A program made the translations under genes and the position numbers. The notes under the pieces are model-generated. The model saw only the letters and a list, made by a program, of their open reading frames with translations, searched no databases and was not told the origin of the DNA. DNA of 64,000 nucleotides, counting the filler, from Basidiobolus ranarum (lineage: Eukaryota), in assembly GCA_040143965.1 (NCBI GenBank). It is 28 parts of 28 records of this genome, joined end to end, with 100 filler letters (N's around TTAATTAATTAA, not from the genome) between each part and the next. Parts side by side here need not be neighbours in the genome. Positions count along the whole stretch, not along the records: positions 52,731 to 54,915 come from JASJQH010010543.1; positions 55,016 to 57,198 come from JASJQH010010544.1; positions 57,299 to 59,479 come from JASJQH010010545.1; positions 59,580 to 61,759 come from JASJQH010010546.1; positions 61,860 to 64,000 come from JASJQH010010600.1; 23 more parts are not named here. One strand, 5' to 3'. Shown in pieces: positions 52,792 through 64,000 of this stretch. Each line of letters starts with the position of its first letter. Position 1 is the stretch's first letter.

Positions 52792-53820
52792 TCAAAATAG
52801 CAGCTGCTCCATTCCATAATTGGGCTCCTGATGTATATCCACATACCGAATAATTGGTTTTTGTGAATTCGGTAAAACATCTGTGACTTTAGTTTGCTTT
52901 CGTTCAGAGCGTGAAAGTCTACGTCCCGATGAAGAGGCGTGGAAAATATCCTTGACTAAATTGGAATCTGCCCGTTTACGTCCACCTCCATTGATATCTA
53001 TAGATCCTTTGTCAACTGATATTCGCTTGATAGAGTTGTCCACTTTCGTATTTTCAGGCTCTTCAGTAATCGCTGTAGTTACGGAGCAAGGTGCTACCTC
53101 TTGAGAGATACTTTTGGTACTCAGTTTAGTATCATCCTCCTTGAAATAGAACGTATTTCTCCTTTCCAGAGGATAAAATATGTTTATTGAGGGGGTCGGG
53201 TCTGTTAACTCCTTTAATGTAGCATCATGGGTAGCATATCTTTGCAGGCCCATCTCTTCAAGCAGTGATCCCACCGAAAAGGTATCCGAGTCATCACTCT
53301 CCACATTTCTGTGAGAGAGTTCCTGGGTTACATTAATAAAAGGTAGATTGCAGTCTTTCGAAGTTACCGAAGAAGTACAGAACCACGGAATCTCCATTTC
53401 ACATCTTTGTCGATAAGAATCCTCCTCTATCTTTGAAATGGGTGTTGGTTGGGGCCTTAGTATTCTTAAATATTCGATAAGATCATGTCGAAGTTGTTGA
53501 CATATACTGGCATACTCTATTGTATTCACTTCTTTTTCATGAAATGCTCTGTTTACACCATTCTTTGGTTGATCCATCGGTGTGACTAATCGATAATTAT
53601 CTAACAACTTTTCCAATACACTCTGAGAACTTCTGGGATAATCAGCTGATGCTGAATCCCTAGACAATGTACTTAAATCATCTAATGATAATTTCTCCAC
53701 CCGTATTCTGCCTTCAGAACTGATCCAACGACTATGACCGCTATGTATGGCGGCTTCGAAATGTTTCTCCAAAAGCTTACTATCACTGTACTTCCTCTCG
53801 AAACCTACTAATCTTGGCAT
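52792..53820 (-). CDS. Hypothetical protein (~342 aa), no recognised domain
   Basis: Uninterrupted >1-kb ORF in AT-rich DNA, CpG retained, ATG at 53820 in ACAAACATG context. Confidence 0.7.
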   Translation of the reverse strand: MPRLVGFERKYSDSKLLEKHFEAAIHSGHSRWISSEGRIRVEKLSLDDLSTLSRDSASADYPRSSQSVLEKLLDNYRLVTPMDQPKNGVNRAFHEKEVNTIEYASICQQLRHDLIEYLRILRPQPTPISKIEEDSYRQRCEMEIPWFCTSSVTSKDCNLPFINVTQELSHRNVESDDSDTFSVGSLLEEMGLQRYATHDATLKELTDPTPSINIFYPLERRNTFYFKEDDTKLSTKSISQEVAPCSVTTAITEEPENTKVDNSIKRISVDKGSIDINGGGRKRADSNLVKDIFHASSSGRRLSRSERKQTKVTDVLPNSQKPIIRYVDIHQEPNYGMEQLLF

Positions 53821-54848
53821 GTTTGTAGAGACCAACGTGGAGATTCTAATGGGTTTCAAAACAATGAGTGGGGGTAATATGGATCAAAGTAAACCTTCAT
53901 TAGCATTACCAATCTATTCGATTCTAAAGGAATTCCAAGGACTCACTTGATTTGGCTTGGTCGAGAAAGTAAGATAAGAAAGTAATAACACACTCATCGT
54001 TGAATCCTGTATATATACTTGGTAGCTCCCCACTAATCTAGTACTGTTTGTAGCATCGGGGAAACACATGTGTATCAAATGAATCGGAGTCCAATCTTTG
54101 ATACTTCGTCAAGGAAATAAACGAAGCTTTTCCGACAACTTGTTTCACTAGAGTCGCTTTCAATTAGATGAAGTTACTATTTAGGTTTGATAACCTTATT
54201 GCAAGAACTAAATATGACTGCCATTATTTTCAACCAATAGTTTCGTGATCATTTGTTACTGCTTATGCATGCTGCAATATAACTCTTGCTTACTGGCTAT
54301 ATATAAATATAATCCCATCATTTGAATCTTAATATCCAATTTATAACAATAATCCGGAAATCCCAGGTAAATCAAGCCTAATGATGATCTTAAATAGCCA
54401 AAGTCAATCTGATCTTTGATTTGATGTGAATTCATTTTCTGAGGGTAATCCAAACCTATTTCGATAAAAAATCTTCCATATATGAATTACTCAAAAGCCA
54501 TTAAAACTCCAATTATATGGAGGGTTAAATATCGTAATTTTAACATGCATAGTTTTAAGTCAGAATTTCTCGATCAAGAAATTCGATATATTACGCACGT
54601 GATTGGATGATTGATTAAATATACTTTCATTATTATGATTACCAAATACCCATACAACTAATCATATACATAAGCGAATGAAGTAGAAGTCACTAGAAAT
54701 CACTAGCAGCCACTAGGAATTGCTAGAATTAACTGGAAACACTAAATCCGTCCAAATATCTACTATAAATATCGAGTTCTCCTGTCAATTCATCAATATC
54801 AGTTTATTATTTATCCACTAAACATTCAACCAAGTAATCAAGCAAACA

Positions 54849-54915
54849 ATGACTACTTTCTTGCCATTTCATACTTTTGGCTCTCCATATACATCATTTC
54901 CTCGTTATCCAATCC
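54849..54915 (+). CDS. 5' end of an unidentified gene (MTTFLPFHTFGSPYTSFPRYPI...)
   Basis: TATAAA near 54765, A/C-rich leader, ACAATG start; runs off the contig. Confidence 0.45.
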
Positions 54916-55015
54916 NNNNNNNNNNNNNNNNNNNNNNNNNNNNNNNNNNNNNNNNNNNNTTAATTAATTAANNNNNNNNNNNNNNNNNNNNNNNNNNNNN
55001 NNNNNNNNNNNNNNN

Positions 55016-55254
55016 GTGATCATGTTGCGAATGAGGGAAGCGATGGTGCGAAGACAAGCAACATGCTTACGAACTCCGTGCCAGACGACCAAGCGAATCT
55101 TCTCGGCACTGACCTTCTGGATATCCATGTTAACATGATGGAAGTCGTTGGTAAGAGTACCGCGAGGACCCTTGACGCGGATAGTACGAGACTTGATATC
55201 TACAGTGACACCTTCAGGGATGGTAAGCTCTTCTTCCTTGTAAATATCCTTCAT
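55016..55254 (-). CDS. RPL9: 60S ribosomal protein L9 (uL6), N-terminal part; probable 5'-UTR intron 55272-55353
   Basis: IPEGVTVDIKSRTIRVKGPRGTL...WHGVRKHVACLRTIASLIRNMI; upstream GTTAGT...TTCAG intron. Confidence 0.96.
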
Positions 55255-55756
55255 GTTTAGCCCAAGTTAACCTGAATCAAAGTCCATGTTAATAACTGAC
55301 ATATGCATATATCTCAATGTATACACTGAACAGACAGACGGATGGATACTAACCAAATGGATGGAATTAGGTGCGATTAGGTAAAAGAAAGAACAGATGA
55401 GCATTGGGCCATCATTTGTACCAAATCGACCTGTTTGGGAAAAAAACCTTGCTTCTGAATGCGGAAAGTAAAATTTTCGGAAATAAATTGAAAAATTCGA
55501 TTTTGATCTGTGTTTCACTATTTTGGATGATTTACAACCACCATAATCGCATAAAATCATGGTTAAATTAGTTACACTACTACAAATCTGGCTTGTTCAG
55601 AATTCAAACAAATGCTTCATTTATAGGGTGAATTGGCATAGTTTAATCTGTTTATCAAGGTAGTTGGGGTGGGCATAGGTCAGCTATTACATAAGAAGAG
55701 TGTAGCTTGGATAGAGAGAAGTGATAGTAAAGGGAATATGACACAGGTTGGGAAGG

Positions 55757-56092
55757 TTAAGAAAGATCATTGTCATTGAAATCATCTTCGAAATCTAATG
55801 TGTATGCATTTAGAATTTCATTAGTTATTTAGCGTAGAAAGAAAGAAGATATAAACTGTGGTCAACTATACCATTAAAGAAGCCTTGATCAACCAACTTA
55901 TCCATGACCTTCCCTTCCTTTGTTAAGTCGACGGAATCATCACTAGTTCCGAAGTGTTCTGGATTCCTTGCTATGGCATCTTGGATGACTTCTTCCATAG
56001 GATCGTTGACTGTGTCTAAAAAGGTCTTTGTTTAGTACTTCGAAAGATTTACTTGTTGAGAGGGAAGCGAAGCTACCTTCGATATCTGACAT
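55757..56092 (-). CDS. CSNAP/COPS9-like acidic micro-protein, 65 aa; exons 56092-56077, 56015-55872, 55794-55757
   Basis: Spliced translation MSDIEDTVNDPMEEVIQDAIARNPEHFGTSDDSVDLTKEGKVMDKLVDQGFFNDFEDDFNDNDLS; two phase-1 GT-AG introns (61 and 77 nt); FFNDFED C-terminal motif. Confidence 0.82.
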
Positions 56093-56387
56093 GGTAAAGA
56101 GAAGAGTTTTAACTATGGCAAGTGTGATTGATAAGAGCGGTGGTTATATACTATTGACGTATCTAGAAATAGGTTCATTTAATTTCATAATTCATCACTT
56201 TAATTCCCGAGTATCTTAGTGATGATCTTACATATAAATGGGTTTCAAGAACTAGATATTTCTAGGCAGCAAATGATTTATTGGAGTAGGTCATTATACA
56301 GAATGCAACAGAGTAGTGACGTTCATTAATGGATAGGTCAAAGAATATATACACATTAGGCTATGGTTGAGTGCACGAAGCTAGCAC

Positions 56388-57191
56388 TTATACAGGTGTT
56401 GCCAACAGAGAAAGATCAGAATACTGTGCGGTGCGCTGGAGATACTGAGCGGTGAGCTGAGAGTTAAACATATGGAGCTGTTCCAGATGAATGGCTTGTA
56501 TTTTACTAGCATTTGTAGGCTGATTCCAGCTATCTCTTAACCATTCTATCCAAGCGAGAAAATCCTCGTAGGATATCCCCAGGTTGTATCCAAGCTGTCT
56601 AAGAATCCAACGCTCCATCCCCGATAGTTCTTCCACGGCAATTCCCACTTTACCCGACCACTCAGAGTTCCGTATGTTGACGTCAAGATGATACTTGGCC
56701 GCTAATAGGAGACACGAAACAAACAATTTGGTCAGGTGATCAGGATTTACGGTCGAGGCATTCAGGGAGACGCGCAGTTGGTGCATATATTTAAGTGCCA
56801 GGGTAACCGCGACGGTTGGTAACTCGAGGAGTAGTAAAACGTTGGAAAAGGTATCTTTTAGATGCGAAGTAGAATGCATTGGGATAGATCCTTTGGTTTG
56901 AAGGGTAGAGTTAGGAGCTGACCAAAGGAACGATACCACATTGGCCGCAAACTCCGCCATTCTGACTGTGGAAAGATTGGGAAAATGATTGATCAGGAAT
57001 TGACGAGAGTCGGAGAAGTTTGGTGTCGTTAGTGTAATCCTCTTCTGCTGCAATGGATCACATGCTCGAGGAGTAGCTGGTATAAATATTGTGTTGAATG
57101 AAGTGACCATGTGGATGATGTCTAAGGTGAGGCTGTGAATTCTCCCTGTTGGTTCTTTCGCATTTTTATATGAACAAATTGAATATCCCAT
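56388..57191 (-). CDS. Pho80/Pcl-family cyclin
   Basis: VTLALKYMHQL...KLFVSCLLLAAKYHLDVNIRNSEWS...ELSGMERWILRQLGYNL cyclin box; true start uncertain. Confidence 0.88.
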   Translation of the reverse strand: MGYSICSYKNAKEPTGRIHSLTLDIIHMVTSFNTIFIPATPRACDPLQQKRITLTTPNFSDSRQFLINHFPNLSTVRMAEFAANVVSFLWSAPNSTLQTKGSIPMHSTSHLKDTFSNVLLLLELPTVAVTLALKYMHQLRVSLNASTVNPDHLTKLFVSCLLLAAKYHLDVNIRNSEWSGKVGIAVEELSGMERWILRQLGYNLGISYEDFLAWIEWLRDSWNQPTNASKIQAIHLEQLHMFNSQLTAQYLQRTAQYSDLSLLATPV

Positions 57192-57298
57192 TCCCTTANN
57201 NNNNNNNNNNNNNNNNNNNNNNNNNNNNNNNNNNNNNNNNNNTTAATTAATTAANNNNNNNNNNNNNNNNNNNNNNNNNNNNNNNNNNNNNNNNNNNN

Positions 57299-58573
57299 TT
57301 TTCTATGGAGGGTGGTTCAATAGTAGGTAAAGTAGCCATTTTGGAAGTTGATGGTCTTGACAGTTTTTTGGTTGAACTTTGCTCAACTATTGATTTGCTA
57401 TGCAATTGGGGGATGATAATCTCTTCACTTGCACTATTACTGGAAAGGAACACATCTGGTATATTGATTAGTACTTCATCATTACTTGAGTTAGTTTCTG
57501 GCACATTAATGCTTCCCAAAGTGGATAGTTGATCACAAGACTGCTCATCAATTAACTACTCCATTCTTGCTGGCTTTTTTCCTTTTGTGCCAGCAAGCTT
57601 TGGCTTGGAAGCCAATTTTGACTAAGATTTTGAACACTTTTTTAATGGCATTGAAATTTTCAGATGGTAAACTTGGTGTAATGAAGTTGCCTATAAACAG
57701 CTTATAATAAACCAAAATTGCCATCCATGACTGGATAGATCTTGTAAATCCCTTTATGACTTATCTGCAGCACTGTCTCAGAATCAGCTGATGATATTGA
57801 TGGGCTATACCTAAAATACCACCCTTACATGAGAGGTGTTCTTTTTCTACAATATCCTTCTCATGCCACAACACAAACATTTAAAGAAACCCTGCCATTA
57901 TTGTCACAAATTCTTGTGGTATGAAAGCCAGAGGCTTCATAGAAAAAATTATCACAAGCATGGTCACTGTACAAAGTCACCAGCTGCATAAAGCCTGGTG
58001 TATAACAACAGTTATATGAACAGAATGATGTAAGTTGAAATGCAACTTTGATCAAACCAGTAAGTCCAGCCAACTTTGAGGACTTGCTGCCAGATGTTGA
58101 CCTTAGTTATTCCAGTACCAATGGCAGTGTATCAGAAGTTGAAGAAGAAGATGCCAGTCTTGTTACCAACTCTTTGTTATCTTACAGTTTTACCACAGTT
58201 GATTGGCAACTGTTGCTTGTCACAGACCTGGTACAAGTGGAAAACACCTGTCAATTGTATGACATATAACCCTTCAGTAATTTGACTGGCTTCATGTCCA
58301 AATGGTTGTTTGGCTTTCACCAGTGATCTGAAAAAGCTGAAGTCATGTACTGTTTGCACACAATTGGCAATCACTTAATCAGATAAATATTGTTCATGTT
58401 TGGCTTAATTACCATTGATTCCTTGTTTTAAAGTTTTGATCAAATCACCCAAATATAGATCACTGATCCAATGCCAAAGTACTCACCATAAAGCTGATGG
58501 TATTACCAATATTCTTGATGGATATGACTACCAAAATCTGAAAAGTCAAGGTTTTGTTGAGAACACATATGAT
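57299..58573. mobile_element. CACTA core: ORF2 (-, ATG 57651) head-to-head with transposase (+, ATG 57863)
   Basis: Same layout and 211-bp spacer as in 59580-61759. Confidence 0.82.
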
Positions 58574-59108
58574 TGTCATAATTCTGATCTTGGTATACTG
58601 ATCCAATGCAAATAGAATTCCTCTATTATTAGATTATGGCATCATATCTGCTGTGCCATCCCTTCTCGGCAATCTTGTGTGAGCTCATCCAGATTACCTT
58701 ATATGGAAGTCATGTTCTTTGGAACATTCCATGAAACCTAACCAATCAAGTCATCCCACACATAGTGTATTTCCACCAAGACCTTCCATTGAAGGTCACC
58801 TGATCATCCTTACATCATCCCTCTTTGTATTGGTCCTTGTAGTCCCCAACACCCCCACTCTTGAACTTGCCACAGTATATTCCCTATTCAGTATATTATG
58901 TTTCACCTTGCAATATCTATATAAGCCCCACGTATTCCTTGATCAGACCTCAGTCTGATCAATGCCAGTTATTAATAAAGATTCTTGCCAAAGTATCTTT
59001 CTTGGCCAGTCTTGTCTTTTCTTGTCTTTTAGTCTACACCAAAGTACTCTCCTGCATTCTAGCCTCTTGTTTTTGCTTCCAGTCATTGTCCAGCTCCTTA
59101 TTGTGACA
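58574..59108 (+). repeat. Complete 535-bp chromovirus 5' LTR
   Basis: TGTCA...TGACA termini, TATATAA at 58918, AATAAA near 58974, primer site at 59111-59121. Confidence 0.92.
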
Positions 59109-59579
59109 GTTTGATCAGACTACTTATACTTGCCTGTAGACTTCTTGCCATCCCTGTTCTCCAACTTTGAAACCCCACAAGGTCAGCTTCCCTTCTATTC
59201 CCCATCTTTCCTAAGCTTCCCTGCTAAGGAAAAGGTACCTTCCACCTTTGGATAATTGCTCTAAGTGCATCCTTGTCAAGACACTGCTGGTTGAGTTTAC
59301 AGTTGTTTTTGATCAAAGAATCTTTAGTAATTGATCAAGATCACAGGATGTTGATACCACCATATTCTTTTGTCAAGGTGCCAATCATTTCTTCAACAGA
59401 AAGTTGGACATTGCATTGTGATTATCATTCCTAGAGAAACTTGTGGTTTTTAAAACTTCCACCTCACAAAATATTAAGTNNNNNNNNNNNNNNNNNNNNN
59501 NNNNNNNNNNNNNNNNNNNNNNNTTAATTAATTAANNNNNNNNNNNNNNNNNNNNNNNNNNNNNNNNNNNNNNNNNNNN

Positions 59580-61759
59580 ATTGGAATGTTGTTGAATAGT
59601 AAGTGCATAATGCCTGATGGGAAGCTATGGCTCCAGCTAATCCCCTTTAGCAATAGAATCTTAGGCTTATGGCTAATACCAAGTTTGCTGTTAGACTGAC
59701 TATGTGCTGAGTTGATATAAGTGATCATATTGACATCTGACCGGGCTTTTGACAGTAAAATCATGAAGTTTAGTGTTGTATTTGGATAGTAGTAATGCGT
59801 ATGCCTGTTGGAGTAAACTTCATTGATTTGAGAAAATCAACAGCAAGATAGTGCATTGTGCCTTCAAAAACCCCCAACTTTACTGATGGCAGGAGTATCA
59901 CCAATACATACAAGGATATTGGCTTTAATTAAATATTCTCCCATCTAAACACCATTAGATAACTATTCAAATTCCCCAATCAAAGGCTCCAAGAAGCTAT
60001 TGACAAGCACTGGTGATATAGGTCCCAATATGATGGATTGTATCAAAATATTATGACTCTTTTACAATTCAGTAGGAGGAAGATTTAAGTTGATTAAAAT
60101 TATTGGCCAGCCAGCCTTTCCAATGGTATGTTTGTTTAGTCAGAAACAATCCAGAGACAATGCAAACACACAATCATACATGTTCTCAATGGATCCTTCA
60201 CTTTTCAAATTCTAGTAGTGATATCCATCTAGTATATTGGTAATAACATCTGCTTTATGGTGAGTACTTTGGTATTAGATCAATGATCTATATTTTGGTG
60301 ATTTTATCAAAACTTCAAGATAGAAATCAATTGTATGTAAGCCAAATATGAACAATATTCACCTGATTCAGTTATCAGAAATTTTCTGCAAATAGTACAT
60401 GAATTCAGGTTTTTCAGATCAGCAGTGAAAGCCAAACAACCACTTGGATGAGAAGGAAGTTTAATTACTGAAGGTTTATAAGTCGTATGATTGATAAGTT
60501 TTCTTCACTTGTACCAGGTCTGTGGCAAGCAACAGTAGCCAATCAACTGTGGTAAAAGTGTAAGAAAATCTATAAACACCTGGTTGCCAAGATTGCATTG
60601 AACTCTCCACTCCTCTATAGTCAAAGCTACTTCCTTCACAGTAAGTGTTACGAGTGGAGTAATGTTTGCAATAACAAAGAGTCCTTAACAAAACCATTGT
60701 CTTCTTCTTCAACTTTTGATATACTACCATGGGTACTGCAATAACCTGGGTCAATATCTAACAGTAAGTCCTCAACATTTTCTCAACTTACTGGTATTAC
60801 CAAAGTAGTATTTCTACCTACATCATTCTGGTCATATAATAGTGGTAACTCTGTGGTATCTTCACTTTTGTCCATGTAATGAAAACTTTGGGGCAAACTA
60901 CAATGAGTGGACTCAATGGTCAGAACTAAAGTCAACTTAGTGCACTTGTTACTGTTGTTATACACCAGGCTTTGTGCAGCTGGTGGCTTTGTACAGAGAC
61001 TGTGCTTGTGATTATTCTTGCTATGAAGCCTCTGGCTTTCATAGCACAAGAGTTTGTGGCAATAATAGCAGGGCTTCTTTAAATGTTTACATTGCAGCAT
61101 GAGGAGGATGTCATAGCAAAAAGAACACCTCCTATGTAAGGATGGTAGTTTAGGTATAGCCCTTCAATAACATGAACTGATTCAGAGATGATCTCATGGA
61201 TGAGTAATCAGGAGATTTAAAAGATATATCTGGTAATGGATGGGAATTTTGGATTGTTGTAAGCTGTTTCTAAGCAAATTCAATACACCAAGCTTACCAT
61301 CTAAAATTCCAATGCCATTCAAAAAGCATTCAAAATCTATATCAAAATTTGCTTCCAATCCAAAGCCTGCTGGCACAAAAGGAAAAAAACTGGCAAGAAG
61401 AGACAACTTAAATGATGAGCAGTCTAAATATATACTTTCCACTTTGGAAGGCATCAACATGCCGGAAACTAACTCAAGTAGTAATGAAGCATTAATTGAT
61501 TTACCAGGTGTGTTCCTTTGCAGCAATAGTGCAAGTGAAGAGATTGTAATCACCCAATTACATAGTAAATCAATAGTTGAGCAATGTTCAACCAAAACAT
61601 CATCTACACCATCAACTTCCAAAATGGCTACTTTGCCCATTATAGAACAACCCTCCCTAGATAATTGAGATAGAATCATTACAACAAAGGAATCAGAGTC
61701 AGAACACCATAATGATTTGTATGCAATCATAAGTAAAAACTATGAAGTTGCTATAGAGG
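59580..61759. mobile_element. CACTA core: transposase 5' half (-, ATG 61100) and divergent ORF2 (+, ATG 61312)
   Basis: Transposase begins MLQCKHLKKPCYYCHK, with FALSLDCF, INLNLPP, FLEPLIGEF and GDTPAISK; ORF2 begins MPFKKHSKS. Confidence 0.87.
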
Positions 61760-62439
61760 NNNNNNNNNNNNNNNNNNNNNNNNNNNNNNNNNNNNNNNNN
61801 NNNTTAATTAATTAANNNNNNNNNNNNNNNNNNNNNNNNNNNNNNNNNNNNNNNNNNNNGAACATAATGATAGCTCTAGTTATCTCATTATACCATTAAT
61901 AATGTTACAACAGTCGATTAACTAATCAATAGCTCGTTCAACTGATTTGGAAGTTACCTTTCTAAAACGAGTATCTCTCTTTCAATCTTATCAGCATTGA
62001 GATTTCCAGCAAGCGTACTTCTCAAGTGCTTAGTAATAAAAAAATCAAACAAGTGATGTAAATAAAATAGAATTACGGCCCTTACCGTTAGCCCAGATCA
62101 TATCGATTTCTAATCATAACAAATTGAAGTTATTTCTGAATTCCAAATTTGGATATACACTTGCACAATGATCGATCAAAAAACATACGTAACAATAGAA
62201 CACCAAGCATAGAGCTCTTAAATGGCACTATAATACCTAACTTTTATATATATATAGCCAAGAGACACTGAATAATATACTTAGTGGAACTATCATTTAT
62301 TTACACAATCTATGTTGTAAAAGTGGAGTTTACATCATTTGTGGGCTGATTTATTCCATTAAGAACTCAATAGATGAATACTAACTAACCTTCCATAAAC
62401 GGAGGATGTTCCAAAATAATCAATCACAATGAAGATACT

Positions 62440-62590
62440 GGAATTTATGAGAATGTTCGCGTTATTTATGCTAGAATTATCGAGAATATTCATTGTATTT
62501 ATGAATTTCATTATAAAAAGAGGCAAATCCTGACCACGCATATTCAATTTATACTTGTTTCATAGAATACTCCTGACTATATATATATAC
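62440..62590 (+). promoter_or_regulatory. Hsp70 promoter: two heat-shock elements and TATA
   Basis: GAAttTATgaGAAtgTTC (62441-62458), GAAttATCgaGAAtaTTC (62474-62491) and a TATATA run at ~62578-62589. Confidence 0.75.
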
Positions 62591-62606
62591 ACGATAAAAT
62601 CAACAA

Positions 62607-64000
62607 ATGTCTAAAGCTGTCGGAATTGATTTAGGCACCACATACTCTTGTGTCGGCGTATGGCAAAATGATCGTGTTGAGATCATTGCCAACGACCAAG
62701 GTAATAGAACTACTCCATCCTACGTTGCTTTCAATGACTCTGAACGTCTTATCGGTGATGCTGCCAAGAACCAAGTGGCTATGAACCCTACCAACAGTGT
62801 CTTCGATGCTAAACGTCTTATTGGTCGCCGTTACAACGACAACGAAGTTCAATCGGATATGAAGCACTGGCCTTTCAAGGTTGTCGATAAAGATAGCAAA
62901 CCTCTGATACAAGTCGAATACAAAGGTGAAATTAAGACCTTCACTCCTGAAGAAATCTCTTCCATGATTTTGTTAAAGATGAAGGAAACTGCCGAAGCCT
63001 ACTTAGGTAGTGAAGTTAAAAACGCCGTTGTCACTGTTCCAGCCTACTTTAACGACTCACAACGTCAAGCCACTAAGGATGCTGGTGCTATCGCTGGTAT
63101 GAATGTTCTCCGTATCATTAATGAACCCACCGCCGCCGCCATTGCCTACGGTCTTGATCAAAAATCCAGTGGCGAGAAAAATGTTCTCATCTTCGACCTG
63201 GGTGGTGGCACCTTTGATGTTTCTCTCTTAACCATTGAGGATGGTATTTTCGAAGTCAAGGCCACTGCTGGTGATACTCACTTGGGTGGAGAAGATTTCG
63301 ATAACCGTCTTGTCAACCACTTTGCCCAAGAGTTTAAACGTAAGAACAAGAAAGATTTATCTGGCAATCCTCGTGCTCTTCGTCGTCTCAGAACTGCTTG
63401 CGAACGTGCCAAGAGAACTCTCTCATCTGCCGCTCAAACTTCTATCGAGATTGACTCCCTATTCGAAGGTGTTGATTTCTACACCTCCTTAACCCGTGCC
63501 AGATTCGAAGAACTTTGCCAAGACTTATTCCGCTCTACTATGGATCCTGTTGAGAAGGTTCTTCGTGATTCTAAGATTGACAAAGCTAACGTTCACGAGA
63601 TCGTTCTCGTTGGTGGATCTACTCGTATCCCTAAAATTCAAAAACTCGTTTCTGACTACTTCAATGGTAAGGAACCCAACAAATCCATCAACCCTGATGA
63701 GGCTGTTGCCTACGGAGCTGCTGTTCAAGCAGCTATATTGTCTGGAGATACTTCCGAGAAGACCCAAGACTTACTATTACTCGATGTCGCCCCACTCTCA
63801 TTGGGCATTGAGACTGCTGGTGGAGTAATGACCCCATTGATCAAGAGAAATACCACTGTCCCTACCAAGAAGTCCGAGACTTTCTCTACCTATGCTGATA
63901 ATCAACCTGGCGTATTGATTCAAGTGTTTGAGGGTGAACGTGCCCGTACCAAAGACAATAATATTCTTGGCAAATTCGAACTCTCTGGAATTCCTCCAGC
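62607..64000 (+). CDS. HSP70: Cytosolic Hsp70 (Ssa-type), 3'-truncated, no intron in this part
   Basis: [66 protein letters not shown]; no targeting presequence. Confidence 0.98.
   Translation, partial: MSKAVGIDLGTTYSCVGVWQNDRVEIIANDQGNRTTPSYVAFNDSERLIGDAAKNQVAMNPTNSVFDAKRLIGRRYNDNEVQSDMKHWPFKVVDKDSKPLIQVEYKGEIKTFTPEEISSMILLKMKETAEAYLGSEVKNAVVTVPAYFNDSQRQATKDAGAIAGMNVLRIINEPTAAAIAYGLDQKSSGEKNVLIFDLGGGTFDVSLLTIEDGIFEVKATAGDTHLGGEDFDNRLVNHFAQEFKRKNKKDLSGNPRALRRLRTACERAKRTLSSAAQTSIEIDSLFEGVDFYTSLTRARFEELCQDLFRSTMDPVEKVLRDSKIDKANVHEIVLVGGSTRIPKIQKLVSDYFNGKEPNKSINPDEAVAYGAAVQAAILSGDTSEKTQDLLLLDVAPLSLGIETAGGVMTPLIKRNTTVPTKKSETFSTYADNQPGVLIQVFEGERARTKDNNILGKFELSGIPP

Noticed and set aside
2200-61859. 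Regularly spaced TTAATTAATTAA repeat resembling a CRISPR-like or periodic array
   Set aside because: It is an N-flanked six-frame-stop linker joining size-sorted contigs, not biology.
62631-63828. Several ORFs overlapping Hsp70
   Set aside because: Alternative or antisense frames; the real frame starts at 62607 and runs off the window.

Overview
This window is not one genomic locus. It is 28 separate ~2.2-kb contigs ordered by decreasing length (2199, 2197 ... 2180 bp; the last is cut by the window end), joined by an artificial 100-bp linker (44 N + TTAATTAATTAA + 44 N), so adjacency across linkers means nothing. The DNA is AT-rich, eukaryotic and most likely fungal (short GT-AG introns, nuclear ATP1, Pcl cyclin, Flo8-type LisH gene); an early-diverging fungus is my inference. 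Most contigs hold decayed, nested, CpG-poor transposons: three Ty1/copia LTR families with half-tRNA-iMet primer sites, a chromodomain Ty3/gypsy family with a Tf1-type self-priming site and a -1 frameshift signal, and a CACTA/En-Spm DNA transposon with short CCCTAACA termini and a second, divergently transcribed gene. Host genes seen: ATP1 (3' part), a LisH/LUFS gene, a Gly/Asn-rich repeat protein, tRNA-Pro(CGG), an orphan ORF, RPL9 (5' part), a 3-exon CSNAP/COPS9-like micro-gene absent from the ORF track, a Pho80/Pcl cyclin and a cytosolic Hsp70. Top leads are a disrupted Fanzor (TnpB-like RNA-guided nuclease) gene at ~12.6-13.5 kb, an LTR-like insertion carrying a tRNA-derived module at 31.1-31.4 kb, and the two-gene CACTA element. 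All assignments come from manual translation and motif recognition; no searches were run.
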